DNA of 64,000 bases from Ruditapes philippinarum (taxonomy: Eukaryota), in assembly GCF_026571515.1 (NCBI RefSeq), contig NW_026852967.1, positions 1 to 64,000 on the forward strand, in the 5' to 3' direction. Below the pieces are notes generated by a model that saw nothing but the letters and a program-made list of their open reading frames with translations, was not told the origin of the DNA and did no database searches. Both the position numbers and the translations under genes were made by a program. Within the stretch, counting starts at the first letter, position 1. Every line of letters starts with the position of its first letter. This document shows positions 37,869 through 50,116 of this stretch, in pieces.

Positions 37869-39446
37869 GTTTGTTGAGTTTTGAATCAGCAAAAATTTTG
37901 TTATATCTACATGAAAAATATGAACACAATCGATCATGCAAAGATAGCGTTAATCGTGAAAACTAAAAAACGAACAAACAAACAAAAATGAAAAAAAACT
38001 TAGTGCATCAAATCAGTTCTTCACGAATGCTTTGTTTTCTTAACGATTGTTCTTTGTAGCCCAGAGGATTTATATTTATTGATAGGTGAGACCCTTGAAA
38101 ATTATATTGAAACCAATTTTAACCTCCATCCCCACAATAATTTAATAAAGTGCGCAATTAAGTGCATATACTGAGTGAAAGTCAAAATAAGTTTACATTT
38201 TGCCAAATTTCTTTCAATTTATAATTCATTTCGCATAAACGATAAATAACTAACAAGGCCCAAGTGAGTTTATATAAATATACATCAGAATAAATTTGTA
38301 ACGTTCAAATTTATAAAAAGAGTGGAACAGTCTTTTTATATTTTAAGCAGATAAATAATTTATCCTTAACATTGTTCAATATCAACTATTATAACAGCCA
38401 GTCTTTTAAAATATAAAGTCAATTCAGTTCAATTGGACAATGACGAACTGTCCATAATGACACTTCAAAGATGTCATTACAAGATTACCATTTGTTTAAA
38501 GAACTATCAATTCCTTGCACTTATACACAGCATCAAATTTAGGAGACAAGTTACACATCACGGATTTCCATAGGTACACGAATGACAAAATGAAGCAAAT
38601 AAATCGTAGCAGAACTCTTTGTATACTCTGAACGATCTGGGGGTTGTCTGTTTGTTTTGTTGGGTTTTTTTGTCTGTTTTTTTTTTTCAAAGCTTCAAAA
38701 CACACAAGAATACCATCAATTACTTACGTGTAATTTGTACCGTTGTGCTGTGTTTGTACTAAACGCATAATTATAAAAACACTTAAATGATATAAAAAAA
38801 TATAAATATTTTACGTTTAAATGAATATTCCGCTTATATATTATAAGCATAGGTTTTTAGGACTGATCAGGGGTAGTAACTGCTGTGGGGAGTTGCATAC
38901 AAAGCTGTACCTAAATTGTATAAAGGGCGATCATTTATTTTAAGTTTTGCATTTAAAGACATGTATCTTTGTGTAGCCCTGTTTCAAATGTCTGTTTCTA
39001 TATGGTGCTGACGTCATAATGTGAAACGGTACGCTTAAAGTTAAAACACGTGCGATATCAATATATGAATACTATTAAAACGCTTAAACACCAAATATTG
39101 AGTAATCTTAAACTTAATTAGAGCAAGTAACCTTCAACTTAGTATGACACAGTTTAAATACCTTAATATAAAGGAAAAGCTTTATATTCACTTACTTGTG
39201 TAATAAAGACAGTAAATATTTAATCAAACTGTTTCCATCCTCTAGTTAAAATTCCCCTCTTTGTTTAAATCTTATAAAAATCTTTTTTTTTTTTTTTGAA
39301 AAACATTGAACTTCCGGGTAGTTTTGATAAAGTTGCAGTAGTACACTGCATGTTGATAAAAAAGAAAACATACCGATATGCATAGTCAGCACTAATCTCA
39401 ACAAATAATGTCTTGTGTGGCCTGAAAAGCAAATTATTGAGTCATC

Positions 39447-39513
39447 TTTTTGTGTCGCCCTCTACAGGATAGTGGCGACATATAGGGATCACTTCTCCGT
39501 CGTTTAACCATAC

Positions 39514-39544
<31 letters not shown>

Positions 39545-39670
39545 CGTGATCCGTCTGTCACAAAACTTGTCCGGACTTCTCCTAAAAATTTCATCTTAAT
39601 TTACAGGCATGATTTGTACCAAATCTAGTTGTTCATATCGCCGCCATTTTCGGCATATTGTGAAGAATTG
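39447..39670 (+). mobile_element. 5' fragment of a second Helentron/HINE-type element
   Basis: TTTTTG-TGTCGCC…GGCGACA inverted repeat followed by a (GTCT)n microsatellite; truncated where SORD intron-7 homology starts. Confidence 0.6.
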
Positions 39671-40459
39671 AGTTCATATGAGTGCATGCTGTGTTATACG
39701 TGCTAAACGATGCACAGCAGATTATGTATAAAGTCCTACGAAAAAAAGTGAGTCGAAACTGATTGATACTGTGACAATGTGTAAACATAGCCCTACTGAA
39801 TTGAAACATTAAAGAAATGTCTCACTTTGTCTATAGATATATGTGAACAACTAAAAAGAGTTACATATTTTGCATACACATAAGACACAAATTGTGTGGG
39901 GTTCCTTTCTAATTCAATTAATATGTATTTGTTATAACTCAAAGGTTCTCAAAGTATTTGCATGTGTTTAATTGGTCATAACGAAGGTAATGAACTTTGA
40001 ATTAATTAAATCATAGCGGTTGTACAATTACAGTCTACAATACAGGGCGGCTGTGTTGCTATAAAGTAAACGGAAAAAGGGATCGAGTAAGCGTACACTT
40101 TGCATATTTAGCCCCGCCTATAAATTAAGCACGAATTTCTTATAAAGCGTTATCATCATGATTAAAATAGACTATAAATCTGTGGAAATGATCAGTGTTA
40201 CTGTATGTTAGTGCATATGCTTAATCCCCCTAATAAATATACACGAATGTCTTATAAAAATGGAAAAAGGCTTTAAAGTGTTAAGTCGTGCAATAATGGT
40301 GCTTTCACTCATATGCCAAATGATTTAATCAGCATATGAACCTATGTGAGGATATCAAGTTAGATGACTAAAGGATCATCTGAATGTACATACAATGTAT
40401 ACTTATGTTCATATGAAAAATATATTAGAAATCACATTATAAGAGGACCAAGTTTATAC

Positions 40460-43400
40460 GGATCAGGGGATCATCTAGATGTGCACATACTATAATATTC
40501 ATTGAACAGAAATAAAGGGATACCGATCACGTTAGATGACCAGGGTATCATCTACATGTAAATTTATTCTTTCTTATTACGGAACAGATATATGGGTATC
40601 ATGTAAGCTGACCAGGGGATACGATCTATATGTACACATACTTTAGTATTCATTGAACAGATATAAGGAGATCACGTAATATGACAAGTGGGTCATCTAG
40701 ATTTACATAAACTATAGTTTTCATTTGGAACAGATATCAGGTGATCACGTAAGTTGACCAGGGAATCATCTTAATGTACATATACCGTACTTTTCATTGA
40801 ACAGATATAAGGGGATCACGTAAGATGACCAGTGGGCCATCCTGATGCTACATATACTATATTTTGCATTGAACAGATATAAGTGGATCATGTTAGATGA
40901 CCATGGGGTTCATCTAATTTTACAGATATACTATAGTTTTTATTGAACAGAAATTAGGGGATCACGTAGATGACCAGGGGATCGTCTAAGATGTTGCATA
41001 TAGTATAAGATTCATTTGAACAGATATCAGGGGATCACGTAGATGACCAGGGGAATTATCTACATGTATCTACTCTTTCTAATTATGGAAAGGATATATG
41101 GAGATCACGGATAAGATGACAAGGGGATCAACTATATTTAAGATTTACTATAGTATCAAATTGAACAGAAAATAAAGGGATCACGAAAATGAGCAGGGGA
41201 TCATCTACATGTACATTATTCTTTCTTATTATGGATAACAGATATATGGTCTATCATGTAAGCTGTCAAGGGGATCATCTAAAGATGTACATGAACTCTT
41301 TCTTATTATGGAAGGGATATTAAAGGGATAACGTAAGATGACCAGGGGATCATCTTAATTTTACATAATGTCTATATTTCATTGAATAGAAAATAAGGGG
41401 ATCTTGTAAGATTGACGATAGGGAAATCATCTAGATGTTGCATATACTGTTAAGTTCAATTGAACAGATTATAAGGGTGATCACATAAGATGACCAGGGG
41501 ATTCATTCTACATGTACATATCTCTTTCTAATTATGCGAACGGATATACAGAAATCATCGAAAGATGACAACGCGGTTAAACTATATCAAAATTTACTAT
41601 AGTATCCATTGAACAGAATTAAAGGGATCACGTTAGATGACCAGGGGTCATTTAGATGTACTTATATGACTTTCATATTTTGGAGCAGATAAATGGGGGG
41701 ATGATTTTAGCTGGACCAGGGGATCATCAGATTTACATATACTATAGTATGTCATTGAATAGATCTTAAGGAGAATCACGTTAAGATGACAAAGCTGATC
41801 GTCTATTATTACATTATACTATAGCATTCATTGAACAGAAATAAAGGTGATCAACGTGGTAATGAGCAGGGGATCATCTACATGTACATTTTCTTTCTTA
41901 TTATGGAACCAGATATATGGGTATTATGTTAAGCCAGACCAGAGGGATCATTCAGATTTACATATACTATAGTATTCATTGAACAGATCAAGGAGATCAG
42001 TAAGATACAAAGGGATCGTCTATATGTACATATACTATAGTATTCATTGGGATCACGTAAGATGACCAACGGGGATCATCTAGATGTACATAATACGAGG
42101 GGTTGTTCAAAAATAGTAATAGGAATGAGCAGTCTTGCATATTCATATTCCATCCCAATCCTAAAATACTTTCATTATGTATCAGTGATCGGTAAAATGT
42201 TTTTCTACAATGTATGCATAAGTTTATTTCATATTATTGTGATGAAAGGGCGCGTTTCCCTGTGATACTGAATAACCATGGTAACACGCACCGGCGCGCA
42301 CAATTAAAAATAGTTTATTAAAGCTATGTTGTACTTCTAATCAATTCATAATTATACTCCGGTTTGTTCCATAATATTCCACCAACACATTTCCTTCATA
42401 TTGAAATGACATTATATCTAAATTTGACGTCATTCAGGCATGAAATGGCATAATTATTTAGTTTTGAACAGCTGTGCGGTAAATGTAGAAAATATGGCAC
42501 TCAGTAAACAAACGAAACTTAAATTAAATTACTGTTTGATCGTTAAATTGTGCCAACGAATTGGCAAATATTCTTACAGATACATACAAAATGATAAAAT
42601 TAAGTAAGGAAAATTATTCTGCCATCAGGACACTCGTTTTCAGCTGGTACAATCAATTTAAAAACGGCGAATACAAAATCTCTAATAGGAAATTGTGAGA
42701 ATGAAAGCGGAAAATTGACGGGACGTTAGTGACGTTAATTGCAAAAACGCTGTAAATGGATCGACGGTAAACGGTACGCGGACTGTTCCGCGCACTCTTT
42801 TTGTCTGCTTCGCGATCTACTTAAGTTTTCACCAAAGAATTGTATATAAAACCATTCTATCAAACACTATTTCATTGTCTCTCATTGGATTATACTTGCA
42901 GTTTAAATAAATTGATATAATAATGATTTAACGGTAATGATTTAGTAGTATTTTCCCCCAATTTTATTTTAATAGATGATACTTTTCATTATACATATTG
43001 TTATTTTACTTAAATATAATCATATTGATTTAAAAACGTATGATGTGAAAAATAATAACATAAATCAATTTTGCATAATTTAGCATTAAAAGTCCATGCT
43101 TGTTGATTTCCCAGTTTACTCAAAATATTCGAGAAAAGTGGAGAATGGCCAGCTATCGGGCATTTTTCTTGGAGAGTTGAACGAAATTGTGATCGGTTTC
43201 TTTCTCGATAAATCTCCACATATGAGACATGATCATATGAACATGATTCAATCACCAAGAGCACTAGGAAGAATACTTTCAAGATGGATGACACTTGTTA
43301 TATTTGCATTTAGTTAACGACGTCATGAAAGTCATTTTCTGTATTGTCAGCGTGCGCCGAGTTTCGTACCCCTTGTCATTTGAAAAATTCAAAAAATTGT

Positions 43401-44050
43401 TATTTGTAAACATTTTGTATTGATTTTTTCACTTTATATAGAGATCATGTTCCGATATTTGTGTCTTGTAATGTTATGTACGTAAATAAACAAGTGTGAA
43501 CAGTAGAGCTACAGTCCTATTACTTTTTGAACAACCCTCGAACAATAGTATTCAGTTTGAACAGAAATAAGGGAATCACGTAAGATGACCAGGGGATCAT
43601 CATTAGATGTACACATTACTATAGTATCATTGAACAGAAATAAGGGGATCACGTAAGACGAGAGGGGATCATTCTAGATGTACATATATATAGTATTCAT
43701 TGAAAAGAATAAGGGATCACGCAAGATAGGCAAGGGTATCATCTAGGATGTACATATACTATAGTAATTCATTGAAAAATAAATAGGGGATCACATAAGA
43801 TGACCAGCAGATCATTCTAGATGAACACATGTATAGTTTTTCATTAAACAGAAAGAAAGAGATCAGGTAAGTCGGTCATCTATGTGTACAATCATTCTTT
43901 TTTCATTATGGAACAGATATGAGGGGGTAGTATCGCGTAAATGGATCAGGTTGATCATCTTGCCATGTTACATAATTATACTATAGCTTTCATTGAACAG
44001 AAATAAGGGGATCACGTGAGATGACCAGGTTGGTCATCTAGAATGTATAA
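40460..44050 (-). repeat. 71-bp satellite array, left arm (interrupted at 42096-43540)
   Basis: tagatgtacatatactatagtattcattgaacagaaataaggggatcacgtaagatgaccaggggatcatc units, with many 1-nt indels. Confidence 0.9.
42096..43540 (+). mobile_element. Degenerate Tc1/mariner element nested in the satellite
   Basis: TA|CGAGGGGTTGTTCAAAAATAGTAATAGGA … TCCTATTACTTTTTGAACAACCCTCG TIRs. A relic of the mariner N-terminal HTH (RTLVFSWYNQFKNG) lies near 42628-42670. The right TA is not preserved. Confidence 0.78.
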
Positions 44051-44061
44051 ATAATATTTTT

Positions 44062-44290
44062 GCGTCCGTGGGCCAAGTGGTTAAAGGTCGTTGACTTCAA
44101 ACCACTTTGCCCCTCACCGCTTTGGGTTCGAATTCCGACAGGCGGACTTTGAGATTCTTTCATGTGATGAAGCTATCCAGCTTGCTTACGGAACGTCAGT
44201 GGTTCTTATCAGGTGCCCGTTCGTGCCTGAAATAATGCACGGAAGGGTACCTGAGGTCGCCCTCCACCAGTAAAGCTGGAACGTCGCGAT
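44062..44290 (+). mobile_element. Family-1 tRNA-derived SINE at the symmetry centre of the foldback element
   Basis: A box, B box GGTTCGAATTCC and a body nearly identical to the copy at 48020; it lacks the 3' tail. Confidence 0.85.
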
Positions 44291-46980
44291 AATCTTACGT
44301 GATCCACTTATTTCTGCTCAATGAAAACTATAGTATATGTACATCTAGATGATCCTATCGTCATTTTACGTGATCCCATCAAATCTGTTCCATGTTGAAA
44401 ACGAGTATGTGCATCTACATGATATCCTTGTAATCTAACGTGATCCCCTTATTTCTGTTCAATGATAACTATAGTATATGTACATCTAGATGATCCACCG
44501 GTCATTTTACGTGATCCCCTCATATATGTTCCTTAATATAAAAGAGTATATGAACATCTACATGATCCCTTTGTCATCTACGTGATCCCCTTATCATCTT
44601 ACGTGATCCCTTTAATTCTTTTCAATGAAAATTATAGAATATGTACATCTAAATGATCCCCTTGTCATTTTACGCGATCCCCTCATATATGTTCCATAAT
44701 GAAAAAGAGTATGTACATTATATGATCTCCTGGTCGTCTTACCTGATCCCCTTATTTCTTTCTCTTTAATGAAAACTAAAGTATGTGTTTATTTAGATGT
44801 ACCGCTGGTCATCTTACGTGATCCCCTTTTTCTGTTTAATGAATACTATAGTATATGTACATCTAGATGATACCTTTGTCATCTTACGTGATCCCTTTAT
44901 TAAATGTATTTGTTCCATTATAAAACAATAGAATATGTACATCTACATGATCCCCTTGTCATTTTACGCCATCCCCTCATATTTGTTCCATAATGAAAAG
45001 GAGTATGTACACATAGATGATCCCCTGGTCGTCATATCTGATCTCCTTATTTCTTTCTGTTTAATGAAAACTAAAGTATGTGTCCATCTATATGATCCGC
45101 TGGTCATCGCACGTGATCCTTTTATTTCTGTTCAATGAATATTATAGTATATGTACATCTAGATGTTCCCCTGGTCATCTTACATGATCCCCTTATTTCT
45201 TTTCAATGCAAACTATAGTATATGTACATCTAGATGATACCCTTGTCATCTTACGTCCCCCCTTATTTCTTTCAATGAAAACTATAGTATATGTACATCT
45301 AGATGATACCATTGTCATCTTACGTGATCCCCTTATTTCTGTTCAATGAATACTATAGTATATGTACATCTAGATGATCCCCTTGTCATCTTTCTTGATC
45401 CCCTTATTTCTGTTCAATGAATACTTTAGTATATGTACATCTAGATGATCCCCTTGTCATCTTACGTGATCCCCTAATTTCTGTTCAATAAATACTATAG
45501 TATATTTACATCTAGATGATACCCTTGTCATCTTACGTGATCCCCTTATTTCTTTTCAATGAATACTATAGTATATGTTCATCTAGATGATACCATTGTC
45601 ATCTTACGTGATCCCTTTATTTCTGTTCAATGAAGTCTATAGTATATGTACATCTACATTATCCCCTTGTCATTTTACGCGATCCCCTCATATATGTTCC
45701 ATAATGAAAAAGAGTATGTACACATAGATGATCTCCTTATTTCTGTCTGTTTAATGAAAACTAAAGTATGTGTTCATCTAGATGATCCGCTGGTCATCTT
45801 ACGTGATCCCTTTTTTTTTTCAATGAAAAATATAGTATATGTACATCTAGATGACACCATTGTCATCTTACGTGATCCCCTTATTTCTTTTCAATGAATA
45901 CAATAGTATATGTACATCTAGATGATCTGCTGGTCATTTTACGTGATCCCCTTATTTCTTTTCAATGAATACTATAGTATATGTACATCTAGATGATACT
46001 ATTGTCATCTTACGTGATCCCCTTATTTCTGTACAATGAATACTATAGTATATGTACATCTAGATGATCCCCTTGTCATCTTACGTGATCCCCTTATTTC
46101 TGTTCAATGAATACTATAGTATATGTACATCTAGATGATACCCTTGTCATCTTACGTGATCCCTTTATTTCTTTTCAATGAATACTATAGTATATGTACA
46201 TCTAGATGATACCCTTGTCATCTTACGTGATCCCGTTAAACGATGTATTTGTTCCAAAATAAGAAATATTATATGTACATCTAGATGATCACCTGGTTAT
46301 ATTACGTGACCCCCTTATATCTGTTCAATGAAAACTATACTATATGAACATCTAGGTGATCCCCTTGTCATTTTACGCGATACCCTCATATCTGTTTCAT
46401 AATAAAAAAGAGTATGTACATCTAGATGATCCCCTGGTCATCGTACGTCGTCCCCTTATTTCTTTCTGTTCAATTAAAACTATATTAAATGTACATCTTC
46501 ATGATCCCCTTGTCATCTACGTGATCCCCTTATCATCTTACGTGATCCCTTTAATTCTTTTCAATGAATACTATAGTATATGTACATCTAGATATTCCCC
46601 TTGTATTCTTACATGATCTCCTTACATCTGTTCCATAATAAAAAGAGTTTATGTAGATTAGATTATCCCCTTGTCATTTATTTGATCCCCTTATATATGT
46701 TCCAGAATGAAAAAGAGTATATACATCTAGATGTCACCTGGTCATCTAACGTGATCCCCTTATGTCTGTTCAATGAAAACTATAGTATATGTACATCTAG
46801 ATGATCCCTTGGTCATTTTATTTGATCCCCTTACATCTGATATGTAATGAAAAAAAGTTTATGTACATCCAGATGATCTTGTAATCTTACGTGATCCCCT
46901 TATTTCTGTTCCATGATAACTATAGTATATGTACATCTAGATAATCCCCCGGGCATCTTACGAGATACCCTTATTTCCAT
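44291..46980 (+). repeat. 71-bp satellite array, right arm
   Basis: Unit agatgataccattgtcatcttacgtgatccccttatttctgttcaatgaatactatagtatatgtacatct; period measured at 45301, 45372 and 45443. A second subtype carries tatgttccataatgaaaaagagtatg. Confidence 0.95.
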
Positions 46981-47803
46981 AATAAAAATGTTTATATGTA
47001 TTTCCCTCACATATGTTGTTTAAGAACTACAGTGTTTATACACCTTAAAGACCAGATGACCGTTCTTCATATATATTCCATCACTACTAATGTATATTTA
47101 CATCTAGATGATTCCCTGCTCATCTTACATTAACCTCTCATGCATCTTCTATCAAAACTAGTATATGTTCATGCAGATGATCTCTTGGTCCTCTTATAAT
47201 GTGATTCCTCATATATCTTTAATGAACATAAGTATGCATTGTGTATAAGTGCATTCAGATGATCCTATAATCATCTTACTTGATATCCTAACATAGGTTC
47301 ATCTGCTGATTAAATTATTAGGCATATGAATGAAAAACCATTATTGTACAATTGTATGTCCTGAAGTTTAAAGCCTGTTTCCATTTTCTAGACATATGCA
47401 TAAATTTATTAGGAGGATTAAGCATATGCATTATTTCACAGTGACGCTAATCAGGATGATAACGCTTTATCAGAAATTCGTGCTTAATTTATAGGCGGGG
47501 CTAAATATGCAAAGTGTACGCTCACTCGATCCCTTTTTCCGTTTACCGTTGCTATAATAGGATATGGGGCAGAGGAAGTAACTTTACCTTAGCTGTAATG
47601 TGTCAAAGACAAATTTACCTCCGACCTTCATGGAGATACGATCAACATTGGTAAATTTTAATTGATGAAATTAATATCTTAAACATTTGAATGGAAACAC
47701 CAATTTATTATGTACATTTCATATTATGACAAGATATGGCTCCAAACGAATCTGATTAGTTGGTTGCCAATTTGAGTCTTTGCCACGCCTCAAATATCCA
47801 ATT

Positions 47804-47990
47804 GGGGGAGCGGTTGCCTAGTGGTTAAAGTACCTGCCTCTCTACCCAGGAATCATGGGTTCGAGCCCTGCTTGGGTCACGACCAGGTTTCTTCATATGA
47901 CACCAGTTCTGGTTGGTTCCAGGAAGCAGACTAGAAAGTGATTCATAAAAGTTGCAATAACTTGTTTCGCAATCGAGCTAAAATAAATAT
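47804..47990 (+). mobile_element. tRNA-derived SINE (family 2)
   Basis: A box GGTTGCCTAGTGGTTA, B box GGGTTCGAGCCC and an A-rich tail; absent from the parental SORD intron 8. Confidence 0.75.
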
Positions 47991-48019
47991 GGTAAAATTA
48001 TCCATTTGAATCGTACATT

Positions 48020-48294
48020 GGGCGTCTGTGGCCGAGTGGTTAAGGTCGTTGACTTTAAACCACTTGCCCCTCACCGCTGTGGGTTCGAATCCCAACAGGG
48101 ACTTTGGATTCTTTCAAGTGAGGAAGCTATCCAACTAGCTTACGGAACGTCGGTGGTTCTACTCAAGTGCCCGTTCGTGCCTGAAATAATGCACGGAAGG
48201 GCACATGAGGTCTTCATCCACCAGTAAAGCTGGATATCGTCGCGATATGACCTATACTGTGTCGATGTGACATAAAACCCAAAACAAAAACAAA
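48020..48294 (+). mobile_element. Full-length family-1 tRNA-derived SINE
   Basis: A box TGGCCGAGTGG, B box GGTTCGAATCC and (AAAAC)n tail. Flanking GAATCGTACA/GAATTGTACA is a possible TSD. Confidence 0.9.
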
Positions 48295-49069
48295 GAATTG
48301 TACAGTCATATACATTTTTAATTATGTCTGCTGGAACAAATTATCTATGTTTAATTAAATTATCTTTAAAATGTTATAATTTGTAATATGGATGATAACC
48401 TTCACGTGAAACAATACGTAAAATGCATCTGCATAATTTTGACACTTTGCATCTTATTCTAAAAAATTGTAGTTTTTAATGTTTTATGTTTTAGGTTCAA
48501 CTATACATAATTCTGTGTTTCAGTTATCCAATAGCAATAGATATGGTAGCATCTGGTAAAGTCAACATTAAACCATTGGTGACACATAGATTTACTTTAG
48601 AGCAAACTACAGAAGCTATTATATAGTATGAATTCATTATTGTTTGTATAAATTTAAAAAATATGATACCGCATGATGTACATCATGTATTCAAGAAATA
48701 CAAAAAAAAGTAAATGAGATGGGATTTTTGTGTTAATATTTCGTATCGTGCGAATACGGTATATATTTAGCGGCCAGTTTTATTAATGCAATATTCCATA
48801 ACGTAATATATATTTGAGCTTGTTTTGCAAATTGAAGTATGTTATTAAATTCGATATTTACTAAGTGTTTTCTATCAAAATATACTTAAAACAAAGACAT
48901 TTGTGCAAGACTTGCTTATGAAGTATAATTTAGAATAGATTGTTACATTTGAGTTAATTTTTTCCAATGAGTTATATTACGAAATTCTTTTTGGAGGACT
49001 TTATTGAGTGCAATAATACAAGAGAAAACACAAAATTGCAATTTATATATTTTCTTTTTCTTGATTTAA

Positions 49070-49150
49070 GGTATCTCGTGGCCACGACTTAGCTATCTCG
49101 TGGCCACGAGATAAATAAAAATACACACATGTCACCTTTGTGCGACCGCA
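49070..49150. mobile_element. Terminal fragment of a DNA element with 22-bp ATCTCGTGGCCACGA repeats
   Basis: tatctcgtggccacgacttagc followed by tatctcgtggccacgagata (palindromic core); it lies at a junction between two SORD-derived blocks. Confidence 0.5.
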
Positions 49151-49154
49151 AAAA

Positions 49155-50116
49155 AGTCAAAGGACCATACTTCTGTCAAACAATAAACAAATAGATCATA
49201 AAATACCAAATACTTGATGACGAACATTTTTTTAAAGTTTGGTTGAAAATTTAGGGATATTGCACATAGAAGAAATCTGCTGTGCATTTACCTGATGCCG
49301 ATCAAAAATCTAATTGTCAAAGAACTCTGCTGGTCAAAGAACTCTGTTGGAATTACTTTTTAAATGTATCTTTACTTGAAAGGATACATAATGTAACACA
49401 TTTCCCGCGCAAGTAAACCTGTTTTGATTATGATCAAATTAAAGATTTTGTCGAAAAAACCCTTAAACTTGCTTCACAGTTTTGGGCTACACATACTGTT
49501 CTTACAAACTCGTCTGACGTGGACTCTGTCGTTTAAGAAATTCACAGTATCATGGGAAAACCATTGAATGTACAGGGAATAACTTTTGCCAACGATTAGC
49601 TATAATGGTAAAATATGATAAACAAGATCAACAAGGAAAGGCGTAAGTATGGGCCATTGTTTTTTTTTTTGTTTTTTTTTTTGCATATCTCCTTGTCTAT
49701 TAAATAAAAGATTACTTTTTGTACGAACGTTACACAGTAGATTTTGTATATCCTGCATAAAAAGCGAGTCGCCCGCGAATAAAGCTGTGAAAATATTTTA
49801 ACATAGTCCTTCATAATTGAAACCTTAAAGATATGTCTTACTTTGCCAATTGTCAAGATATTACAATTTTGATACCTATATATGTGAACAACTAAAACGA
49901 ACTACGTACGTATTTTGGAAGTATATATTATACAAATAGTTTGAATTTACTCAATTTAGTTAATTTGATTGTATTTGTTATAACTCAAATGCTCTTAAAG
50001 TATTTAGATAATTGGTCACAACGAAGTTGATTAACTTTGAAATAATTGAGTAACATAACAGTCTACAATACCAGGTGGTTGTGTTGTTATAGTGGTGCAT
50101 GGGGCAGACGAAGTAA
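49155..50116 (+). pseudogene. Second SORD-derived fragment (intron 6, exon 7, start of exon 8)
   Basis: Exon-7 copy at 49445-49607 with a TAA and a deletion; exon-8 start at 50062-50116. Confidence 0.82.

Larger units (their letters stand above)
40065..47547. mobile_element. 7.5-kb foldback transposon (Mutator/FB-like architecture) with satellite-filled inverted arms
   Basis: TSD GTTGCTATA(A) at 40055-40064 and 47548-47557. Termini (A/G)GTAAACGGAAAAAGGGATCGAGT(A/G)AGCGTACACTTTGCATATTTAGCCCCGCC. Outer TIRs of about 370-390 bp (40065-40452 / 47184-47547), with oppositely oriented 71-bp arrays inside. Confidence 0.92.
39690..49065 (+). pseudogene. Duplicated 3' part of the SORD-like gene (intron 7, exon 8, exon 9, 3' flank), interrupted by the foldback element
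   Basis: The exon-8 copy is split into 40034-40064 and 47548-47650 and carries small indels. The exon-9 copy at 48524-48620 is followed by a deletion into 3'-UTR homology (compare 27187 onward). Confidence 0.85.

Noticed and set aside
44935-46804. Several similar short ORFs (MYIYMIPLSFYAIP…)
   Set aside because: They are translations of the 71-bp satellite, which has no codon-phase periodicity.
40460-46980. CRISPR-like appearance of regularly spaced palindromic repeats
   Set aside because: Units are contiguous with no unique spacers, there are no cas genes, and the context is eukaryotic.
48020-48100. Possible tRNA genes (also at 44062, 5549, 47804, 35866)
   Set aside because: A and B boxes are present but continue into a shared SINE body and tail; no complete cloverleaf.
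48006-48227. ORFs 48006-48227, 44091-44273 and 59189-59428 with mutual similarity
   Set aside because: Chance reading frames through SINE copies.
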